Shown one piece after another: positions 1 to 8,400 of a stretch of 22,643 bases of DNA. Both the position numbers and the translations under genes were made by a program. This DNA is from Candidatus Muiribacteriota bacterium (GTDB lineage: Bacteria; Muiribacteriota; Muiribacteriia; Muiribacteriales; Muiribacteriaceae). Within the stretch, counting starts at the first letter, position 1. Every line of letters starts with the position of its first letter. Location: contig JBNJGP010000045.1 of the NCBI GenBank assembly GCA_051747805.1, positions 1-22,643 of the forward strand. Direction: 5' to 3'. The notes below the pieces were generated by a model that was not told where the DNA came from, did no database searches, and saw nothing but the letters and a program-made list of their open reading frames with translations.

Positions 1-2
1 TC

Positions 3-104
3 TTAAGACATGGACAAAGTGTTGTAGTTGAGTCTCCTGATTTTTTAAGAAAAATTGTTGTTGATAAAATTGAAAATAGTTTGAAAAATTATAAAAAAAA
101 TTAG
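3..104 (+). CDS. 3' end (partial, runs off window) of a probable WYL-domain transcriptional regulator (C-terminal WCX region)
   Basis: Not in the ORF track. Frame starting at nt 3 reads LRHGQSVVVESPDFLRKIVVDKIENSLKNYKKN* (TAG 102-104). This fits the 'L..G..v.V.sP..LR..i...i...l..Y' C-terminus of PafC/BrxR/CapW-type WYL proteins, which often sit upstream of defence operons. Only 33 aa are visible. Confidence 0.7.
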   Translation, partial: LRHGQSVVVESPDFLRKIVVDKIENSLKNYKKN

Positions 105-106
105 AA

Positions 107-123
107 GTATCACTCTGTGATAC
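107..123. promoter_or_regulatory. Perfect inverted repeat GTATCAC-TCT-GTGATAC, candidate operator for the upstream WYL regulator
   Basis: 7-bp arms (107-113, 117-123) with a 3-nt spacer, immediately after the WYL stop and about 145 nt upstream of the first operon gene. No U-tract follows, so it is not terminator-like. The IR is seen directly; the operator role is inferred. Confidence 0.55.
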
Positions 124-268
124 AGTATATGTGATATGAAATTAATAATATGGATAAAATTTTATTGTTAGGACTAATAAATAGCAGCTGTTTTATTTGG
201 GCTTGGTTTAAATCTGTTTAAAATTGTCAATAATTGGAAGTTATAAAAAATATACGGAATTATAATTT

Positions 269-1204
269 ATGTTTTCAGGATTAGATAAATATTCAAAAGG
301 CTCTGCTGGTCGTCATGAAACTTTTGTACCAAGATTCGGTTGGTTAACAAAAGGCTATATGAAATGCTTAGAGATTTCAGATGTTTTTACAAGAGAAGAT
401 GCCGTTGTTCAATTAGGTGTAGGCAAAAATATGGTACGGTCTATTCGATTTTGGTGCTTATCTTTTGGTTTATTAAAAAAATCTGAAAATGGTAAAGGTA
501 AGCTAGGGCCAACAGATTTAGGTGAAAAACTTATAGGTTACGTCTCTTCAGATAAAGAACCTCAGAGCTGGTTAAATGGATGGGATCCCTATATTGAAGA
601 TGATGCTACTTTATGGCTTTTACACTGGAATCTATTTTTGAACTCTAACAATCTAGTATCCTTGCCTATCTTTTTTAATTATTGCAATTTTAATAGTTTT
701 ACAAGAAAAGAGTTGTCAAAAGCAATAATTCAAATAGCTTCCGGAGATGAGAAGTTGAATAAAATATCACCAAACTCTTTTGAAAAAGATGCAAACTGTA
801 TCGTTCAGATGTATACAAATTTTTTAAATTCTGAAAATGATATCAAGTGTCCTTTTAACTCTTTAAATATTTTAGAAAAAAGTAAAGAGAGTTCAGCATT
901 TAGATTTTCAAGAAAAAGTAAAACTATTCCACCGCTTATATTTCTAGCAGCATGTTTTTCTTATGCCGCAAGTTTATTTGTAAAGGAAGAGACTTTTAGC
1001 TTTAATCAAATAGTGTATGGACAGGACTCACCTGGAGTTGCTTTTAAATTAACGGAAACAGAATGCGGCAAACTATTAGAGAGAGCAACAAAAGATATTA
1101 CAGAAGTTAGATTTATTGAGTATTCAGGTATTCAGCAGCTTTATTTCACAAGTGACCCAGAAAGCTTATACTGGAAAGTGTTAAAGAAATATTACGATAG
1201 ATAA
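269..1204 (+). CDS. DUF4007 family protein (SspB-like / BrxP N-terminal-like), 311 aa
   Basis: DUF4007 motifs GRHETFVPRFGWLTKG, LGVGKNMVRSIRFW and DPYIEDDATLWLLHWNL. Lies upstream of an ATPase and a PAPS reductase, as in sspBCD. Confidence 0.88.
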   Translation: MFSGLDKYSKGSAGRHETFVPRFGWLTKGYMKCLEISDVFTREDAVVQLGVGKNMVRSIRFWCLSFGLLKKSENGKGKLGPTDLGEKLIGYVSSDKEPQSWLNGWDPYIEDDATLWLLHWNLFLNSNNLVSLPIFFNYCNFNSFTRKELSKAIIQIASGDEKLNKISPNSFEKDANCIVQMYTNFLNSENDIKCPFNSLNILEKSKESSAFRFSRKSKTIPPLIFLAACFSYAASLFVKEETFSFNQIVYGQDSPGVAFKLTETECGKLLERATKDITEVRFIEYSGIQQLYFTSDPESLYWKVLKKYYDR

Positions 1205-1217
1205 GGAACAAAAAAAA

Positions 1218-4200
1218 TTGTTTTTAAATGAATTTATCAATACAAATAATAAAGTAGCACGGTCAGTAAATATTGAAAGAGATGCTGAAGATATTGACCA
1301 GATTAATCGCTTTCATATAACTTCGACTGTTGTAAGAATATTAAAAAGATTTGCTGACTCCCTTGATGGAGAACCTGTTTCGGCTTGGTCACTCACAGGG
1401 CCATACGGAAGCGGGAAATCTTCATTTTGCAATTATCTTTTTTCTTTATGTTCAAAAGACCCTCAAATTAAAGAATCAGCTTATGATAAATTAAATTTTA
1501 AAGAACCTGATTTAGCTTTAAGGATAAAAAAGAGTACTCAAAATATTGTTCAAAGTAATTTTATATTGATTAGAGCTTTATCGCAATATGAACCATTAAA
1601 TAAGACTATATCTAGATCATTAAAGCAGGTTCTTAGCCAGCTGGCTATATCTTATAATGCATCAAAAAAATTAAAGTTTAAAATTGAAAATCTCTGTACG
1701 CTTCAAAATATTCCTACATCAGAAATAATTGATTTTATAAATGAGTTACATGACATTACAAAAGAACCATTGCTTATTGTTATTGATGAATTCGGGAAAA
1801 ATCTTGAATATATGGCCCATAATCCTGATTCTGGGGATATTTATGTTTTACAAATGCTTGCAGAAAGCAGCTTTGTTTATGTGTATGTATGTTTGCATCA
1901 GGCTTTTAATGAGTATTCTTCAAACTTATCTAAAGTGCAGAAAAATGAATGGAGCAAAATTCAGGGTAGGTTTGAAGATATAGCTTACATTGAACCACCT
2001 GAACGTACGATAGATTTGGTTTCAGAAGTAATTAATTTAGATGAAAGTTCTTTAACTAAAAATCATAAAAAACTTTTAGAAAACTGGAGCAAAAAATATT
2101 CTGATTTAATAAATGAAATAGATATTAGAATTATAAAAAGAATATCTTCTAATGATTTAAAAAATTTATATCCGGTAAATCCTTTGTCCGTGGTTATTTT
2201 AGGTGAATTAAGTAAAATTTTTGCTCAAAATGAAAGAACAATTTTTTCTTTTTTTTCAAGTGGAGATCCTAAAGCGTTTTATGGCTTTTTAGTAAAAAAC
2301 AGGTTGAATGGGAAGCATTTACCTTCATTAGGACTTGACTGGTTGTATGATTATTTTTGTGAAATTACTACGCAAGTTCATAGTAAACGTGCAACAACAC
2401 AAAAATGGATTGAGATTCAGTCACTTATAGCATCTTGTGACAGCTCCAGAGAAATTGAATTAAAAATTTTAAAAACTATAGGTGTTTTAAATCTAGTTAC
2501 TGAAATTCCAGGTATAAAAGCCTCTAAAAAAATAATCTATTTAGCTTTAGGAATATTTGAAACTGAAGATAAAAAAAATATTGATGATATTTTGAATCAT
2601 TTAATCTCTAAAGGGATCCTTTTGTATAGAGGATACGCTGATGAATACAGGCTTTGGGAAGGAACTGATTTTGATATTGAAAAAGCTTTGGCTGAAGAAA
2701 GAAGTAAACTTGCCTCAACAAGTATTGAAACCGCATTAAATACTGCCTTGGAATTGCCAAATATAATAGCTGCAAGGCATTCTTATCAAAAAGGTGTAGT
2801 TAGAGAGTTTTCTCAATCCTGGGTCCAATTAGATTATTTGGAAAAAAATTATTATAATATTTCTAATAAAAATAAGTTGGACGGTCATATTTTTTTAGTT
2901 TTGGGAAAAGGCCTTAAGGATGATTTTTTTTATGAAATAACAAGAAATAACACATTCATTATAGGTTGCTGTAGTTGTGAAAATCAAATTATAGATTTGG
3001 TACTTGACGCAGCAGCAGCAGAGAGGGTTTTAAATGTTTACCCACAGCTCAAAAATGATGCCGTAGCTAGAAGAGAAGTAAATTTTAGAGTCGATATAGC
3101 ATCTGAAAATTTAAATAATTATTTGAGCTATGTTACTGATCCTGATCAAGGTGAAATGGAATGGTATGCTTTAGGCCAAAAAAGTTTCATAAAAAAAGGT
3201 ACGGGCCTTTCAGCTCTAGCTTCTGAAGTTTGTGATCATGTATTTAATAAGTCTCCATGTGTAAATATGGAGATGATTAATCACAATAAACTCTCTCCTG
3301 CAGCTTCCCGGGCTCAACGCGAATTGATTGAAGCAATGGTTTCATGTGAAAATGAAAAAAACCTAGGTATGGAAGGTTTTGGACCAGAGGTGGCAATATA
3401 TCAAGCAATGTTTAAATCAACTGACCTACATGTATTAAGTGAAAACAATAAAACATGGGAATTGGTAAGGCCTCAAATTAAAAACTCCAAGCAGCGTGAA
3501 CTTGCTTATGTATGGGAAGCTTTGGATGAAAAATTAAAAACATCAGAACTTGATAGTTCGGATGTTTTGGTTACTGATCTTATAAAACTTCTTCAAGAAA
3601 AGCCTTTTGGTATAAGAAAAGGTCCTATTCCTTTATACATAGCCCATTATTTAATAGTAAATGACAATGAGGTTGCATTGTATCAGGAGGGAACTTTTCG
3701 ACCAGTTTTCAGAAAAGCTGAAGCAGCCTTATTGTTAAAGAGACCAGATCTTTTTTCATTAAAACGTTTTTATACAGAAAACGGTTTAAAAAAAGATGTA
3801 ATTCAAGCTTATCTCAATGCAATAAATACAGATATATTAGAGTTTGATGTAGATACTCGGAACAAATCATTATTAAAAATTGTTGCTCCATTGATTCAGT
3901 TTGTTAACGAACTCCCGGATTATACACTTAAAACAAAAAGAATATCCAATACCGCACAGAAGTTTCGAGCTGTAGTGTTAAACTCTAGAGAACCTTTAGA
4001 TTTATTGTTTAAAGATATACCAGAGGCTTTGGATATTCCAATTATTGATAGCGTTAAAATTGATAAAAAATTAAAAAATGAATTGTTTCAAAAGATACAG
4101 GATACATTAATAGAACTTAATACAGCTTTAGACAGGCTGTATGATGAAGTAAAAGATTTTCTTGCGAAATTATTTTATAAGAAAAAAACTCAAAAATTTG

Positions 4201-4658
4201 AAGATTTTAGATTTAATCTTAAAAAAAGGTTTATAAATCTTATCTCACCTTGCAGAGATCAGGAATTAAAAGCATTGCTTAAAGCTTTTTGCAATGACTC
4301 TTTGGATGAAAACAGGTGGGTCTCTGGCATAGCAGGTATAGTAGTAAAAAAACCTGTAGACTCATGGAAAGATGTAGATGTTGATGCTTGGTATGCATTA
4401 ATGGAAGAAATGGCTCACAGAATTAAAAATTTTGAATCTCTCCTAAGTTCTTCTGAAAAATATGGATGTTTGGAAAATAGATATATTTTAAGTTTAACAG
4501 ATCACTCAGGTTTTAATGATAAATATATAATTGAATTAGACAAAGAAAAACAGGATGAATTGTTGAAAAAATTTCCTCAGATAAAAAATATGGATAAAGA
4601 GGAAGTTAAAAGCTTATTAGCAATTTTACTTGATGAAAAGGTTTTATATGACAATTAA
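1218..4658 (+). CDS. Large P-loop ATPase, BrxC/PglY/SspC-like, 1146 aa (TTG start)
   Basis: N-terminal RSVNIERD, Walker A LTGPYGSGKSS, Walker B LLIVIDEFGK, 'EWSKIQGRF', 'YPVNP' and 'AQNERTIFSF' motifs. TTG start preceded by AAGGA (1203-1207). Confidence 0.82.
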   Translation: MFLNEFINTNNKVARSVNIERDAEDIDQINRFHITSTVVRILKRFADSLDGEPVSAWSLTGPYGSGKSSFCNYLFSLCSKDPQIKESAYDKLNFKEPDLALRIKKSTQNIVQSNFILIRALSQYEPLNKTISRSLKQVLSQLAISYNASKKLKFKIENLCTLQNIPTSEIIDFINELHDITKEPLLIVIDEFGKNLEYMAHNPDSGDIYVLQMLAESSFVYVYVCLHQAFNEYSSNLSKVQKNEWSKIQGRFEDIAYIEPPERTIDLVSEVINLDESSLTKNHKKLLENWSKKYSDLINEIDIRIIKRISSNDLKNLYPVNPLSVVILGELSKIFAQNERTIFSFFSSGDPKAFYGFLVKNRLNGKHLPSLGLDWLYDYFCEITTQVHSKRATTQKWIEIQSLIASCDSSREIELKILKTIGVLNLVTEIPGIKASKKIIYLALGIFETEDKKNIDDILNHLISKGILLYRGYADEYRLWEGTDFDIEKALAEERSKLASTSIETALNTALELPNIIAARHSYQKGVVREFSQSWVQLDYLEKNYYNISNKNKLDGHIFLVLGKGLKDDFFYEITRNNTFIIGCCSCENQIIDLVLDAAAAERVLNVYPQLKNDAVARREVNFRVDIASENLNNYLSYVTDPDQGEMEWYALGQKSFIKKGTGLSALASEVCDHVFNKSPCVNMEMINHNKLSPAASRAQRELIEAMVSCENEKNLGMEGFGPEVAIYQAMFKSTDLHVLSENNKTWELVRPQIKNSKQRELAYVWEALDEKLKTSELDSSDVLVTDLIKLLQEKPFGIRKGPIPLYIAHYLIVNDNEVALYQEGTFRPVFRKAEAALLLKRPDLFSLKRFYTENGLKKDVIQAYLNAINTDILEFDVDTRNKSLLKIVAPLIQFVNELPDYTLKTKRISNTAQKFRAVVLNSREPLDLLFKDIPEALDIPIIDSVKIDKKLKNELFQKIQDTLIELNTALDRLYDEVKDFLAKLFYKKKTQKFEDFRFNLKKRFINLISPCRDQELKALLKAFCNDSLDENRWVSGIAGIVVKKPVDSWKDVDVDAWYALMEEMAHRIKNFESLLSSSEKYGCLENRYILSLTDHSGFNDKYIIELDKEKQDELLKKFPQIKNMDKEEVKSLLAILLDEKVLYDN

Positions 4659-5442
4659 AAAAAAAGAAAGACATATACTTGCTTTGTCTGGAGGTAAAGA
4701 TAGTGCTGCTTTGGCTGTCTATATGAAAGAAAATTATCCTGATATTCCTTTAGAATATGTTTTTACAGATAGTGGGTATGAATTGCCAGAAACATATGAG
4801 TATCTTGAAAAAATTAGAGCAATTTTAAACATTGATATAAATATTGTAAAATCAAAACAAAATTTTGACTATTGGCTTAAATATTTTAACGGTGTTTTAC
4901 CTTCGCCTAATAATCGATGGTGCACAAGGCTTTTAAAATTAAAACCTTTCAACGATTGGATTAAATTAAACTATAAAAATCATATTATATATAATTATGC
5001 TGGTTTACGTGCTGATGAAAATCGTGATGGTTTTCGTTCTAAACCTGATTTTATCCCTAAGTACCCATTTGTCGATAATGGAATAGGTTTAAAAAGAGTT
5101 ATTGAGATATTGAATAATAGCGGATTGGGTTTACCAAAATATTATTCATGGAGGAAAAGGTCTGGATGTTTCTTTTGTTTCTTTCAAAAAGATAGTGAAT
5201 GGATTGGGCTGAAAGCAAATCATCCTTCTTTATTTGAAAAAGCTTGCAGTTATGAAGAAAATCATGCTGACGAAAGAGTATATACATGGAGGTCAGATGG
5301 TTATCTTAAAGATATTGAATGCACACAAAAAAATGAATTTAATGACAATGTTAATGATACAAGTGGTAATAATTTGTTATGTAACTCGTTAAGTAAATTT
5401 TATAAAAATAAACAAAATAGCCAATTTGTTTTATCAAAATAA
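4648..5442 (+). CDS. Phosphoadenosine phosphosulfate (PAPS) reductase family protein, DndC/SspD-like
   Basis: PP-loop ALSGGKDS, RWCTRLLK, GLRADE and RSGCFFCFFQ (Fe-S Cys ligands). Start re-assigned from TTG 4630 to in-frame ATG 4648, which has AAAGG about 6 nt upstream and overlaps the upstream stop (ATGACAATTAA). Confidence 0.9.
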   Translation: MTIKKKERHILALSGGKDSAALAVYMKENYPDIPLEYVFTDSGYELPETYEYLEKIRAILNIDINIVKSKQNFDYWLKYFNGVLPSPNNRWCTRLLKLKPFNDWIKLNYKNHIIYNYAGLRADENRDGFRSKPDFIPKYPFVDNGIGLKRVIEILNNSGLGLPKYYSWRKRSGCFFCFFQKDSEWIGLKANHPSLFEKACSYEENHADERVYTWRSDGYLKDIECTQKNEFNDNVNDTSGNNLLCNSLSKFYKNKQNSQFVLSK

Positions 5443-5452
5443 AGGATTTGAA

Positions 5453-8400
5453 ATGAATAATCAAAAATTTGATTGTCAGTTTATAATTCAGACTATAAAT
5501 AATATAAAAATTAATAAGAATAAAAATAATATCTCTCCTCATAAATATATTTTTTTATTAACTTTGATTGATTTATATAAAAAAGACAGTAATAGAGAAA
5601 ATAAGTTTTACTTAGATCAAGAACTTGTTAACAAGTTTCAAAAAAAAATAAACGAATTTAAAATTAAAGATAAACAAAATCAGCTATTAATTGAATATCC
5701 TTTTTATTATTTAGCTAATGACGCAATTTGGTTTCATAAGCTAAAGAAAAGTAAAGAAATTTTATACAAAGATTATGTTGAAAGTGTAAAAAGGTTAACT
5801 AGAAAGAAACTTTTAGAAACTGTTGAATATGGTTATCTGGAAGAATCTCTACATAATGCTTTATCTGATAAAAATTGTAGGGATGAAATTTGTGCATTTC
5901 TAATCAATAAAATACAAAAAGAGTCTAAAATATTTTTAAAATCAAAACCTTTAAGAGGTAATGTCAATCATTCATTATATCAACACGAAGCAGATGCAAT
6001 CGATTCTTTAAGCATAAAAATTAAATCTGGTAATTTAGGTTTTGTATGTTCAAATATTGAAGTTTGTGACCCAAGCAGCAATAAATATTATGAAATTGAT
6101 TTTTTTGTAGTTTCTCCTTTTGGAATATACGTTGTCGAGCTTAAACATCTTAAAGCAAATATTGAAATAAAACCTCATAAGTGGAAAATAAATGGTCACT
6201 TTAAAAAAGATTTCCATCTGCTTAATAATTCAAAAGCTAGAATAATTAAAGGGCTATGCCAAAATAAATTTTCATATTTAGAAATACCCTATGTAGAATC
6301 AGTTGTTGTTTTAACTCATCCCAATGCTGAAGTAACCGGAGATTCAAGTATAAAAACTAAGAAAAACCAGCCTTCATTCAGTAGTATAGAAAGGTTTGTT
6401 TCATATCTAAAGTATCAGAAAGAAACTAAACCTTCTATTATAGACACAGAATTAGCTAAATCAGTTTGTAATTATATAAAAAATTTAAGTGAGCCTGGTA
6501 AATCAAAAAGCTTTGATTTACCAGGTTATGAAATAGTTGAATACCTCTATCGGGGTGAAGACAGGGATGAATTTCTTGCAAAGAGAATTGATACTAATAT
6601 AAGAAGGTTACAAAGATTACGGGTCTTTTATGAACCCTTAAATAATATCGATGATTCTGTTTATAAAGAAGCTAAAGAACGCTCTAAAAGAAATCTTGAA
6701 ACAGTTGCAAATATTGATGGGCACCCAAATATTTTGGATGTTATAGAAGTCCCTAATGACTATGGTTATATTATTGAATCGAGTTACTGGTCAGAGCAGG
6801 GTACTTTGGAAGACTATATTTCAGAAAATGCCCCTATACCAAAAAGTAAAGCAACTTTTTATATCCAGGGTATTTTAAATGGTCTTAAAAGTTGTCATGA
6901 AAATGAGATTGTTCACAGGAACTTGTCACCAGATAATATTCTTATAGTAAATGATATTCCAAAAATAATGAATTTTGATTTATCTTTTCATGCCATAGGT
7001 GTTGAACATACAGTCATGGCTGAACCTGAAAATTTAAAAAAGAGTCCATACATGGCCCCTGAAATTTATATGGGTTCTTCTGATTATAAATCAGATCTTT
7101 TCAGTTTAGGAGTTATATTTTATGAAATGCTTACTGGTGAACTTCCTTTTAAAAATTCACAAGAATTAATTAATACAGATGGATGTTTAAGTAGTAAATT
7201 CAAAAATAAAATAAGTGAAACCGGTTTATCTGAAGATTTACAAGATATTATATTTGATTTGATTCAGTATGATTTGGTTAAAAGGCCTGACACTGAAGAT
7301 ATTTATGAAAAAATAAACCAAACAGAAAATCAAAAACAAAAATATTCCAATAACCCTTTAAGCCCAGATGATGTAGATGTTAATGAACAATTTAAAATTA
7401 TAGAATATTTTAAAGATAAAGGATCTGATGCGCAGATTTATAAAGCGTATGGTCCACTTAAAGAAGAGTTATGTTTAAAGCTTTTTAATATTGATGTCCC
7501 CCAGGAAAGAATCATTAATGAAAAAGAGATGTCTTCGCTTGTTTCGCACAGTGATATAATTAAGTCAAAATATTGCCAGAAATGGTCAGATAAAAGATGG
7601 CTTGTAGCGTTTAAATGGGTTGAAGGAAGCTCTTTAAGGGAATTGATTAATAAAGAGCTTCCAGATTTTGATAAATTTATCCAGATAGGCAAAAAATTAA
7701 TTTATCTTGTTAAAATGCTTCATACTTATTCTGATAAACCTGTTTTACATAACGATATTAAACCTGAGAATATAATTGTATCACAAGATAATGAAAATTC
7801 TCCAAAGCTTATAGATTTTGGTATTGCTTCTTATCCTGATATAAAAACTTACGCAGGTACTGAAGGATATGTACCGCCGGATAATGTTTCAGACTCAGAC
7901 AGAGATTTTTGTGAAGATGGAGACTTATTTGCACTTGGAGTAACACTGTTTGAATATTTTTTTGGGAAAAAACCTTACAAGCATTTGTCTGCAGGTGCTG
8001 AAGTAGCTGATATAAATAATTTAAGGGATGATTTGACCAAGGATTTGAAGCAATGGTTTTTTCAAGCTGTTAATACAAAATTCCAGTTTAGATTTTCTTC
8101 TGCTCAGGAGATGGAGGATGAGTTTTTAGTAGCAATAGGAGAAAAATCTTTAGAAAACATTGATAGTCAAAGTAAAACAATAGAAAAAGAAGAAAAATTT
8201 GAAACAGAAATTCCAGAGAATCATGATCTTGCTAAAGTAGAGTTTAAACCTGATATTATTGAGGGTCCCAATCCATTTGTAGAATATCTTAATACTCTTC
8301 ATACTTTAAATTCAAACAGTTCAAATATGCTTGCTGAGAGTCAGGCCTGTACTGAATGGTTTAAATATATACATGTAAAACACCCTCTTGTAGAAACTAT

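Noticed and set aside
207..222. TTTAAA-TCTG-TTTAAA repeat in the leader
   Set aside because: TTTAAA is very frequent in this AT-rich sequence; not distinguishable from background.
1741..1983. 80-aa alternative-frame ORF inside the first ATPase
   Set aside because: Fully nested in a long, motif-rich CDS across its Walker B region, with no recognisable motif; shadow ORF.
4630..5442. cysH for sulfate assimilation
   Set aside because: No cys genes nearby; the RWCT..LK and RSGC..C pattern plus the DUF4007/ATPase context point to the DNA-modification branch of the family.
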